Source: Eledone cirrhosa
Lineage: Eukaryota
Direction: 5' to 3'
DNA length: 64,000 nt
Assembly: GCA_964016885.1 (NCBI GenBank)
Contig: OZ024746.1
Coordinates: 94,612,001 to 94,676,000, forward strand
Each line of letters starts with the position of its first letter. The first letter of the stretch is position 1. This document shows positions 13,384 to 25,109 of the stretch, piece by piece. The translations under genes and the position numbers were made by a program. The notes under the pieces were generated by a model, which was not told the origin of the DNA, ran no database searches, and saw only the letters and a list, made by a program, of their open reading frames with translations.

Positions 13384-13419
13384 TCTTCTGATGAAGGACT
13401 AGTGTCTGAAACGTTAAGA
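13384..13419 (+). ncRNA. Minimal type I hammerhead ribozyme in Penelope-like pLTR fragment
   Basis: TCTT-CTGATGA-A-GGAC-TAGT-GTCT-GAAA-CG-T-T-AAGA; palindromic ACGT stem III; paralog at 59512-59547. Confidence 0.75.
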
Positions 13420-13630
13420 CTCTCTTCCTGCTATTTCAAGCGTTAAACTAATATATTTCTTCCATGTGCTGTTTTGTTATTTTTGTTATTACTTTTACAC
13501 ACACACACACACACACGTATATATGTATATATATATACTGTACACACAAACGCACACACACACACACACACACGTATATATGTATATATATATACTGTAC
13601 ACACAAACGCACACACACACACACACACAC

Positions 13631-13666
<36 letters not shown>

Positions 13667-13677
13667 TGTACACACAA

Positions 13678-13776
<99 letters not shown>

Positions 13777-14054
13777 AGTTTATTTATTTTTTGTTTACAA
13801 ATACACAACCATCCAGCTATTAAACTAACCATCTGGAAATTTATAATAAATTAAATTGAAAATCAAGTGCGTGTGTTTTTATCGGCAGCATGACCCTCCC
13901 AAAGTGTAACAATATTTATATAATTGTATTCTAGAAATAAATTATTAAACTATTATTTTTCATTTTAATCACCCTAAACTATAGTGTTTTTCTTATGCAA
14001 ACTAATGACGTATCAAAGCGCAAATTCCCCATTTTGTATGATTGTTCACGTGAA

Positions 14055-14352
14055 CGTGGTTAGGATGTTCGGGCTTACAATGGTAAGGTTGTGAATTCGA
14101 TTCCCGAATGGGTGCAGTGTTCTTCAATAAAATACCTCATTTCACATTGCTTCAGTCACCTCAGCCATAAAAAAATAAGTTGTACTTGTAATTCAAAGGG
14201 TTAGTCTTGTCACAAACTGTGTCACAGCGAAGGTTCCTGAGACCACCTGAATGGCTACACGTGTCAGTGGAATGCTCAGCCAAGTTGAATGTTAATTTCA
14301 TGAGTAGATTGTTCCGTTGTTTGAACAAATGTAACAAACGTTGTCGGAACCG
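14055..14352 (+). mobile_element. CORE-type SINE family B (diverged)
   Basis: tRNA-like head, CTCATTTCACATTGCTTCAGTCACCTCAGC core, 3' body shared with 42873-43190. Confidence 0.75.
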
Positions 14353-14513
14353 ACAGGGGTACAATCCACACATAGATATGTTTGTTAATATATCCGGTAT
14401 ACCTGGTATATATGGCACACCAATCCTGAAACTATAAAAATTAAATCCGTCCAATGCCTTCATTATTGACAACATGGGCTCACTTGTTTATCTATATACA
14501 GTTGCAATGATTA

Positions 14514-17500
14514 CACTGGTCAACAACCAAAATGGTTCTTACATGTGAATATGTGCATCTTACTAATTTCATAGCACTAAATTCAGTTTTAATATTCATT
14601 TTTTGCTATCGGACCAGAATGCCTTAATATGAGATCGAAAATATGTTCCTCGTATTGCATTATTTATCCATTGTGTAACATATGATGACTTAGATATAAA
14701 CATATTAACTTATTAATAAAAATATATAAACATATTTTTATCAAATAAACATATGGAACAATCACAGGGAATAATTTGTAAAGTGTGTAAGCACACATAG
14801 CTAGGTAGGTAACCAATTAAAGTTTAACTAGAACTTTAAATATAGATACCTTTTAAAATGATTAATCTCCTTTGTATATATTTCTTTAAATAAAAAATAT
14901 ATTTCACCAATTAATCAGTAAATCACAGTAGTCAAATCCTGGATGGTCACCAAAGGAGAAGATCCAACTATCTGCGTTTACACAGCAAATGCAAATCTGT
15001 GAATGACTCGAACCACGTGATGCATTTTTTAAAAATACACACATCGCACAGCGTCATCCCAGTGACCTGAATAGGATTATCGACAGCTAGAAATAGCAGC
15101 CGAGTCCATTCAACTGAGTTAGCTCTACAATTAAGGGGCTATATATATATCCAAAATTAAATTAAGGGTTGTCATGTCTGAGAGACATGCGCCAAATCCA
15201 CTGCAGAATAAGCTCAAAGATTCCAATGAATAGATCCGAGCATTTCATATCAACTAGAAATAGATTGACATATATATATATATAAAATAAACATATGGAA
15301 CAATCACAAGGAATAATTTGTAAAGTATGTAAGCACACATAGCTAGGTAGGTAACCAGTTAAAGTTTAACTAGAACTTCAAATATAGATACCTTTTAAAA
15401 TGATTATTCTCCTTTGTATATATTTCTTTAAATAAAAAATATATTTCACCAATTAATCAGTAAATCACAGTAGTCAAATCCTGGATGGTCACCAAAGGAG
15501 AAGATCCAACCATCTGCGTTTACACAGCAAATGCAAATCTGTGAATGACTCGAACCACGTGTTGCATTTTTAAAAAATACACACATCGCACAGCGTCATC
15601 CCATAGAAATATATACAAAGGAGATTAATCAATTTAAAAGGTATCTATATTTGAAGTTCTAGTTAAACTGGTTACCTACCTAGCTATGTGTGCTTACATA
15701 CTTTGAAAATTATTCCCTGTGATTGTTCCATATGTTTATTTTATATATATATATGTCAATCTATTTCTAGTTGATATGAAATGCTCGGATCTATTCATTG
15801 GAATTTTTGAGCTTACTCTGCAGTGGATATGGCGTATGTCTCTCAGACATGACAACCCTTAATTTAATTTTGGATATATAAACATATTTTTATTTATTTT
15901 TTTAACACTTAGTATATTAACAAAACATTTCTGAACAACATTCTGAACACAAGAAAATATTTCAAAACATTTCTAAAAAGATTTCTGGATTTTGCTTTTA
16001 CGCTTGTTTTGCTGGCTCTCCTCACGTTGCAGTGTCCAGCAGTAGTCGCCCATCATGTTGGGATTGAACCGACCCTGATACCTACTCTCCATTGTGGCAA
16101 TGTCCTGGTGAAACCTCTATCCATGTTCATCACTGATGTCTCCTAGATTACTTGGGAAGAAATGAAGCTTCAACGACATTCATGAACCCAGAGCGCGCTA
16201 ATTTTGTATCTTGGTTTCAACAATTTCTTTATAGTTGTCTGCACGGTGGTTTCCAAGAAAGTTCTGTGTCACATCTACAAATGATTTCCATGCATTAGTC
16301 TCCAAAGGGTTTAGTGTTTTCGTAAACTCACCATCATTAACCAGCATACGAATCTGAGGACCATTCAAAACCCCTGCTTTTAACTTTGCTTCAGATACCA
16401 CTCTACCCAATTTCTTACACAAGTACTAAAACTCATTACCCGTATGATCCATGCTTTTAATAAAGTTTTTGGCCAAGCCTAATTTGAGATGTAATGGAGG
16501 GAGGAATACTTTTTCTGGATCCACAAGAGGTTTGTACAGACAATTGAATCTACCGGGTGCATCCTTTGGTCTTGTTGGCCAATCCTTCTTTATGTAGTGC
16601 TCCGCATCTGCTCTACTATTCCACAAACATAGAAAACACATATGCTTTGTGTCACCAGTCTGAAGACCTAGAAGTAGACTAATTAAGTTGTAATGCCGAC
16701 GCCAGATTCCAGCAGGTTTCGTTGCGTCATTCTTGATCCCAGGAGCTCTGCCTTTTCTTTAGACAAATGTAGGTCTCTAATGAGATCGTGAAGCGCTTCC
16801 TGGTTAAATGGTATGGGTTCACTTGTCTCATGTTCGTCTTGCTAGTCATCATCAATAGGGGTGCTACTGGAATCAGAATCAGAGATTAGCTCGTGTTCAG
16901 CAGGATTGCTGACGAGATATCGGGTATTGAAGTGTAGTTTGTGTCTTCACAGTTATTCCTTGGATGTTTATATAGCAGAAGTAGCAATCGTTATTGTGGT
17001 CTTTTGGTTCTCGCCATACCATTGGTACAGAAAATGGCAAACCAGAGCTTCGTTTCCCATTCTTCCATTCACTTAGGTGATTAACACATGACCTACTCGC
17101 TATATGAGGCACCCATTTCTTGTCCTGGTCTCCTTATGGACATTTGAAGTAGCATTTGTAGTTTACTCGAACTGCTTTTGTGATTGGTTTCTTTATGCTT
17201 TCTGGGGTAAAGAGTCCACAAATATAGCAAAATCGGTCCGGGTCATTTACACATTTCCGGCGTTCCATCTCTGCCACTAATCAAAGTTGTTGTGAATTAT
17301 CCAAGAATAGCTGAGGATAGTTACAATTCTGTGATCTGAAACAAAAGCAGTAAGTATAAATTAGTTAACAACTAAATATAGTGGATACAATTGGATGAAG
17401 TAATATGAGCCAGATAGCTATGGGTCATAAACATGGATATGCTGGTTCTCGAAAACTAGACCCGATACAGCTTAACCGTTGTCATATTCAGATTGTGCAC

Positions 17501-17570
17501 ACTTGATTACCCTAGAATCATACTAAATTATACCAGAACCATGAAATGAATATTTTTTTGTTGACCAGTG
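14514..17570 (-). mobile_element. Chapaev3-type (CMC superfamily) DNA transposon with both ends
   Basis: 13-bp perfect TIR CACTGGTCAACAA; 3-bp TSD TTA (14511-13, 17571-73); internal transposase remnant. Confidence 0.8.
15973..17268 (-). pseudogene. Chapaev3-like DDE transposase pseudogene
   Basis: MERRKCVNDPDRFCYICG, PMVWREPKDHNNDCYFC, CFLCLWNSR, LPPLHLKLGL, SEAKLKAGVLNGPQIR, SDEHG*RFHQDIATME, MMGDYCWTL; stops, frameshifts and an internal deletion near 16700. Confidence 0.85.
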
Positions 17571-17642
17571 TTATCGACGGTACGGGTTCACTATCTTTTT
17601 TGTATGCTGTGACACAATTTAAACGATATTGCTTTCATTATT

Positions 17643-17818
17643 CGGTGGATTGACAGTATCGGTAGAGGGTCAGATACCATGCTTTGCAGCATAGAGTTAT
17701 GAGTTCATATCCCGTCGAGGTTAACTTTGCCTTTCATGCTAACGATGTCGATAAAATATAGCACCAGCAATGCACTGGGGGTAATTGCTGGCCTTGTGCC
17801 AAAAGTAGAAACAATTAT
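17643..17818 (+). mobile_element. SINE family A
   Basis: Head GGTGGATTGACAGTATCGG, core and tail present. Confidence 0.8.
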
Positions 17819-17831
17819 TTACAGCAGGGGT

Positions 17832-17832
<1 letters not shown>

Positions 17833-17903
<71 letters not shown>

Positions 17904-18272
17904 GATGCTAAACTCCGCCAGTTGCAGACTGCGCACCAACATGAGATATTAGTCTCCACAAAGTTCGATCACCAGCAGCAGAGTTCAAAGAGCAAAGATC
18001 AAGTCCAGTCCATAGGTTGACATTATCAAGCCATCGTTTTGGCTGCCGGCCTCTGCTTCTCTTACCATCCAACCTTCCTTTCAGGTATAACCTACTCACA
18101 CCACGAGTTAATCTTTTTATATGACCTTATAGTTTGAGTACTCTTGACTTGACAATTGATGTAATTGGTCTAAGTTCGGTAATGTTGAGCAGCTCACTGA
18201 TACAGATACGGTCGCTGAGCTGCTTGATAGTCATAAGTCTCATGATGTGGTTCTGGAATGTAGAGAGCGCCT
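17833..18272 (-). mobile_element. 3' end of RTE-clade LINE with (TAG)n tail
   Basis: GHIKR..GRLDGKRSRGRQPKRWLDNV..AAGDRTLWR, followed by (TAG)n at 17833-17901. Confidence 0.85.
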
Positions 18273-18393
18273 GAATAATATGCTGTAACCAAATTATTTA
18301 AATGATATTGCCATCATTATTGACGGCATGGGTGTACTAATTCATATGTTAGAAAATTACAACGGTTTGACCTCCATTATGAATGATACTAGT

Positions 18394-18552
18394 CGGACAC
18401 CTTGCTTTGAAGCATAGTTACGTCCCTTTATGATCTGAGTTCAAATCCCGCCGAGGTTAACTTTGCCTTTCATCCTTACGGGGTCGATAAAATAAAGTAC
18501 CAGTAATATACTGGTTAATTGCTGGCCTTGGGCCCAAAGTAGAAACAATTAT
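18394..18552 (+). mobile_element. 5'-truncated SINE family A
   Basis: B-box, core and tail; flanked by ~19-bp direct repeat ATTAT(G/C)AATG(A/G)TACTAGTC. Confidence 0.8.
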
Positions 18553-19463
18553 CAATGGTACTAGTCCAGTAATTTATAAATATACTGCTACAACATTACA
18601 ACGGTTTGACCTTCATTATCAATGGTACTAGTCCAGTAGTTTATAAATATACTGCTACAACATTACAACGGTTTGACCTTCATTATCAATGGTACTAGTC
18701 CAGTAGTTTATAAATATACTGCTACAACATTACAACGGTTTGACCTTCATTATCAATGGTACTAGTCCAGTAGTTTATAAATATACTGCTACAACATTAC
18801 AACGGTTTGACCTTCATTATCAATGGTACTAGTCCAGTAGTTTATAAATATACTGCTACAACATTACAACGGTTTGACCTTCATTATCAATGGTACTAGT
18901 CCAGTAGTTTATAAATATACTGCTACAACATTACAACGGTTTGACCTTCATTATCTATGGTACTAGTCCAGTAATTTATAAATATACTGCTACAACATTA
19001 CAACGGTTTGACCTTCATTATCTATGGTACTAGTCCAGTAATTTATAAATATACTGCTACAACATTACAACGGTTTGACCTTCATTATCTATGGTACTAG
19101 TCCAGTAATTTATAAATATACTGCTACAACATTACAACGGTTTGACCTTCATTATCAATGGTACTAGTCCAGTAGTTTATAAATATACTGCTACAACATT
19201 ACAACGGTTTGACCTTCATTATCAATGGTACTAGTCCAGTAATTTATAAATATACTGCTACAACATTACAACGGTTTGACCTTCATTATCAATGGTACTA
19301 GTCCAGTAATTTATAAATATACTGCTACAACATTACAACGGTTTGACCTTCATTATCTATGGTACTAGTCCAGTAATTTATAAATATACTGCTACAACAT
19401 TACAACGGTTTGACCTTCATTATCTATGGTACTAGTCCAGTAATTTATAAATATACTGCTACA
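18548..19463. repeat. 67-bp tandem repeat, ~13.6 copies
   Basis: ATCAATGGTACTAGTCCAGTAGTTTATAAATATACTGCTACAACATTACAACGGTTTGACCTTCATT at 18551, 18618, 18685 and onward. Confidence 0.95.
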
Positions 19464-19674
19464 AAATCCCAACGCTATTATTGCCTCCATTGTTGACGAT
19501 ACAGTACCATTAGTTTATTAATATGCTGCTCTAACAAATAGAAGTTATATTTATCACCGAAAACCGTTATTTTTCGATCGTCTTCTTTTGTTGTTTGAGG
19601 GCTGGAAAAATTATTCTTTCATCTGCCGCAAAACATATGGTCATAAAGGATGCCATCCATTGAGTAGGTCTGAT

Positions 19675-20378
19675 AATAGCAGTGGTGGTAGTGGTGGTGG
19701 TAGTGGTGGTGGTGGTACTGGTGGTGGTGGTGTTGTAGCGGCATCTATGGTGAATGGTGGTGGAGGAGAAAGTGATGGTGATGCTGGTTGTGTTTGCAGT
19801 GGTGGTGGTGTTGGTTTTACTTGTAGTAGCAGTAGTAGCAATAGCAGTGGTAGTACTAGTGGTGATAGTAGTATTATTATTATTATTAGTAGTAGTAGTA
19901 GCGGCATCTATGTTGAACGGTGGTGGAGGAGAAAGTGAGTTGATGCTGGTTGTATTGGCAGTGATGGTGGTGGCGGTGGTGGTGGCGGTGCTGGTAGTGG
20001 TTGCAGTGAAAGTGATAATAATGGTGGAGATGGGAGTGGTGATGGTTAGTAACAATCATGAATGTACTGTCATGTTGGTGAGGGTACACGGAGCGAGGTG
20101 TTGACAAACGTAGTAGTAGTAGTAGTAGTAGTAGCGGTGGTGGTGGTAGTAGTAGGAGTAGTAGTAGTAGTAGCAGTAGTAGTGGTAGTAGCAAAAGTAG
20201 TAGTAGTGGTAGTGGTGGTAGTAGTAGTGGTAGTGTTAGTAGTGGTGGTAGTAGTAGTTGTAGTAGTAGTAGCAGTAGTATTAGTAGTAGTAGTATTAGT
20301 AGCTGTAGTAGTAGTAATGGTAGTGGTATTAGTAGTGGTAGTAGTAGTAGTAGTAGTAGTAGTAGCAGTAGTAGCAGC

Positions 20379-20410
<32 letters not shown>
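19675..20410. repeat. (GGT)n/(GTA)n low-complexity tract
   Basis: Trinucleotide runs with an internal duplication of GCGGCATCTATG.TGAA.GGTGGTGGAGGAGAAAGTGA. Confidence 0.9.
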
Positions 20411-21529
20411 GGTTGTGATAGTGGTGGTTTCTGTTGCTGCTAATTGTAGAGATTGCAGTGTTAACATATGTTTAGTATAGGGTCTGTATTTTTTCTAAAT
20501 TACAAAAAAAGGGAAATAACCAATGGCTTGAATTTAGATAAATTTCGATTTTTCCGCAAAACATTAGAATTCAGTTAATCTGTGAAATTAATTCTTAAAA
20601 TCTCAAAATTATATATCTTCCCTCTTCGTGTATGTATGTATGATATAACACTTACAACCCTGATGGTATCCAATGATGTTGACTTGTTCTTTTTGGTAAA
20701 TATCATCTTGGTTAAGAGAGTGGGACTGGTTTTGTGCAGTGCCTTTGCTCACTATAAAAGCTTCACGGCACAGGCATTGCTTTATATCTGGAGATCTCTC
20801 TGCACTTGTCGTCACATGGTACCATGGGCCCAGCACAATGTGTCAATAATTGTCACAAGTGTAGTGTTTGTACCAGAGTTTTCAAGTCGCTGGCTGGACT
20901 AAAAAGTCACACTCGTTCAGCGCATCGGTAGGGGTTCTCCTACATGGATATAAAGTAGTGACCGTACTCGAAAACAAGTTGGCAGCCACCATGTATGTAT
21001 GTTCTAGTTTTATAATTTCACAAACTTTTGCCAATAGAGCGAGAGTCGGTTTCTAACATAGACACAAGACGCTCTCATTGGAATTTACACATCAACTAGG
21101 TAGATATATATGCGTGTCTGCATGCTTATGTGTGCAGGTATGGATGTTAATGTATGTGTGGATGTGAATGTTTTAAGTTGTATGTGTTCATGTGCATATG
21201 CTTTGTATCTGTACATGTGTACATGCAGTTATTAGATGCAGAGTTTTTGGAATGTTTTACATATTTTTACTGTTCCATTAATGGATTATACTTGTAATTT
21301 CCTAACTAGTCATGTTCTTTCTGTTTCTATGAAGCCTAGCTTCTCAATATTTGTACTGAGGTAGTTACTAACATATCCCAGTACCCCAATAACCACAGAT
21401 ATAAATCTGAAGGTATAGTCAGAGTGGTGTATCTGCTGATGTATGTATGTATGTATGTATGTATGTATGTATGTATGTATGTATGTATGTATGTATGTAT
21501 GTATGTATGTATGTATGTATGTATGTATG

Positions 21530-21990
21530 TCGGGTCACTCTTGAGTGCTACTGGAAACATGTAACCCAGTACAACCTGTCGCATGGTCGGGTCGTCAGCG
21601 ACTAAACCGGCAACTCCCACCAAGTTTACTTGGTGAGGAGGGTGATTTTGGACACACTGCAGGACAAAACACAAAACCTGACAAAGGGCGGAAGAACTCA
21701 TAATAGTCAACGGCCATCCGAAAGTGTGTAAATATGTATATACACATGTACCGCGCGGTTAAACCACTGGGAGTGAAGGACCTCTAGCCTTTGTCAGGGC
21801 ATTCTTCTAGGAGAAGGCAACTCAGGAAACTGGGATAACTCCGACATAAAACCTGCGGCTCAGTAGATACTGGTGATGTTGATATTATCTTCTTTTCGTG
21901 TTATAGCTACTGACGCTCAGAGAGTGGGATTGGCTCAGTGCACAGTCTTTCCTCACTTTAAAAAATATTTTCATGCGCAGGCATTGCACG
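21530..21990 (+). mobile_element. Dispersed repeat, probably RTE-LINE 5' UTR derived
   Basis: 21530-21718 recurs at 51960-52148, both after TATG repeats; CTAGGAGAAGGCAACTC resembles RTE 5' UTRs (from memory). Confidence 0.55.
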
Positions 21991-22112
21991 ATAGAATTAA
22001 TTAATAATTATTAATAATGGTATATTGTGCAATGGCCATACTCGATAACGAGGGGGCAGCCATCATGTATGTATGTACGTATGTATGTATGTAAACACAG
22101 CATATTATTATG

Positions 22113-22337
22113 GTCGTTAAAATAAAGTACCAGTAATACACTGAGATAATTGCTGGCCTTGTGCCAAAAGTAGAAACAATTATTATGGTGGACGCATAGA
22201 GTTACGGCCCCTTCCATTCTGAGTTCAAATCCCGCCGAGGTCAACTTTGCCTTTCATCCTTACGTGGTCGATAAAATAAAGTACCAGTAATGCACTGGGT
22301 ATTTGCTGGCCTTGTGCCAAAAAGTAGAAAATTATTA
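22113..22337 (+). mobile_element. Two tandem 5'-truncated SINE family A copies
   Basis: Two consecutive AAAGTACCAGTAAT...CTGGCCTTGTGCCAAAAGTAGAAA tails. Confidence 0.8.
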
Positions 22338-23629
22338 TGGTGGATTTTGTACTACGATTAAAAGATAATAAAATCATTGCTTAAATGTTTCTCACGTGAT
22401 TCTGTCAGTCATAATCAAGCTTAGTTGGCAACTCACTAATACATGATCCCTTCACTTTCATTTTTTAAAAAGGATCCATAAGTGAACGTAGTTTTAGTTA
22501 TACAAAATGAGATGTGATGGTCATGGATGTATTAATTTTGATCATAGTTCTACTTCATTATAGCTGATCTGGGGCTAAACAACAAGATTTCTGAGAATTC
22601 ATGGAGGGCAGCACTCAACAAGTTTTTCAAGTACCACTTGAAAAAGTTGATAAGCGTTTAGTCGAAGAGGAAAGGGTCTGTCCTCTTTCCACCATCCACT
22701 AACTACCCCACTACCTCATTCACCATGGCCATAAGACAAGAAAACTATCTGACCTTCCCTGTAAAATTAAGTCGGCTAGGCTTACTTTCTCGATAGAGCA
22801 GGCTGACAGCCGGAACCATCTTACATGCGACACCATCTGTTTGCCAGTCTTGGCACGTGTCTCACGTGACCACCAGCACACTCCTAGGTAGGCTGCTGAT
22901 AGCCGCAACTCGTGTCATGTCTTACAGACATATAGCCTACAGGCACAATATCAATAATATCACTGTTGTCCACCATTGAAGTAAAGAATGATTTACATGC
23001 CAGTTTGATGGGTGAATAACAGGGTTTGACGCCAGCTACACCTTGACTGCTTGGCCAACATTTAGGATAAAGTTACTTAGTCCAAACCGGTTCTGCAGTG
23101 AGTGAGAGAAAGAGAGAGGGGGAGAATGAAAGAGAGAGAGAGAGAGAGAGGGAAAGAAAGAGAAAGAGAGAGACACACAGACAGAGGAGAGAGACATGTA
23201 CGTGTGTGGCATGTACATTGTATATGTGTCTCTCTATATGTATATATATATGTATATGTTTACGTATGATAAACGGGGTATATAAAGGGAAAATTAAGGA
23301 CTAAGTGACATTTCGTTATCTGGTCTAGCTTACCTTCACATCTTACACTAACAATGGCAACAACTACAACAGCAGCCAAAACAATAGAAACTAATAGTGC
23401 AAATGTGCTAGAAATCAGTATTTTATGTCTATGTATGTACGTATGTATGTATGTATCTATGTATGTATGTGTGTGTGTATGTATGTATCTATCTATGTAT
23501 GTATGTATGTGTGTGTGTGTAATTATGCACACATACAAAGATATGTCTTTCGGTCTTTCTCCAAGTGTACTTCTCTCTATTTCTACTACTTCTTCTCCCC
23601 GTTCCATCTCTTTCTCTGCTATATATATC

Positions 23630-23663
<34 letters not shown>

Positions 23664-23665
23664 CA

Positions 23666-23714
<49 letters not shown>

Positions 23715-23719
<5 letters not shown>

Positions 23720-23920
23720 AAAAAGTATGACCCCGACGGCAGAGCTCAAGCCGTTTCGACGGTTCTTTCTGGACGCTATTTGAGTCCAGAAATAGTCGTC
23801 GAAACGGCTTCAGCTCTGCCGTCGGGGTCATACTTTTTCCTATTTCCCACTCTACTACCCTAAGTATTGAGTACTCTGGTGCGTATGGTCCATCTGGTTC
23901 CTTACCACAATTCCTTCGTT
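23715..23920 (+). mobile_element. Penelope-like pLTR fragment with inverted 5' duplication
   Basis: 60-bp arms 23715-23774 / 23784-23843; contains GAAA-CGGC..GCCG-TC (hammerhead 3' half); paralog 31945-32092; flanked by (TA)n. Confidence 0.7.
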
Positions 23921-24012
23921 ATATATATATAACGAAGGTATTTGTTATGTGAGGTGTAATGCAAAGCACGTGATAGCGTTGGATAGGTGATTTATAGGTG
24001 ATACATATATAT

Positions 24013-24199
24013 AAATGTTTCTACTTTTGGCACAAGGCCAGCAAATACCCAGTGCATTACTGGTACTTTATTTTATCGACCCCGTAAAGATGAAAAGCAA
24101 AGTTAACCTCGACAGGACTTGAACTCAGAATGGCAATGGCCGTAACTCTATGCGTCAAAGCATGGCGTCCGACCCTCTACCGACACTGCCAATCCACCG

Positions 24200-24202
<3 letters not shown>
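24013..24202 (-). mobile_element. Full-length SINE family A
   Basis: Reverse complement runs from GGCGGTGGATTGGCAG to the GTAGAAAC tail. Confidence 0.85.
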
Positions 24203-24263
<61 letters not shown>

Positions 24264-24271
24264 GTTATTTG

Positions 24272-24450
<179 letters not shown>

Positions 24451-24458
24451 CAAATAAC

Positions 24459-24580
<122 letters not shown>

Positions 24581-25109
24581 CGGATGATATAGGTGTACAA
24601 TGTCTTAATGAAAGGCGAGATAGTAACATTGAGACATTTTGATCATAGGTTTTCTAGGGCGGTGTTTACCTGCAGGCCGGATTTAATTTGTATGAGGGGC
24701 AATTGTCCCGGGGCCTCTCCAGCGACGGCCGTATCAATCTATTTGTGTCCTCAGCTGGTAAGTACCAACATACCAAAAGCAGACACAATACACAGCTATA
24801 GACACAGACAACACAAAGATTTTAAATTACATACAACACAACACCAACATCACAGACACAAATTACACCTCTCACACACAGAAATAATTGAAATCTCTCA
24901 AAGGAATTACACAACATTAAAGAAAAGGTTCTCCGCGGCCATTGGAGACTATCGAGGGACCCTCTTGAAAAGAATATACTCTGACATTCTCCTGGAGAAA
25001 TCCACCACTTGTCAGTGGATGGATCACACACCCCCTTCCTAAAAAAAGCCAAAGGTTAAGTTTTTTTTTACTTTTCCCCTCTCATTGTTTTCCTCTTATC
25101 TTAGCCAAC

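Noticed and set aside
20640-20990. Possible decayed RT fragment on the minus strand
   Set aside because: Only a faint G..QG-like word; not supportable without a search
24593-25042. LINE ORF1 upstream of the Tx1 ORF2
   Set aside because: Position is plausible, but no zinc knuckle or RRM motif is recognisable
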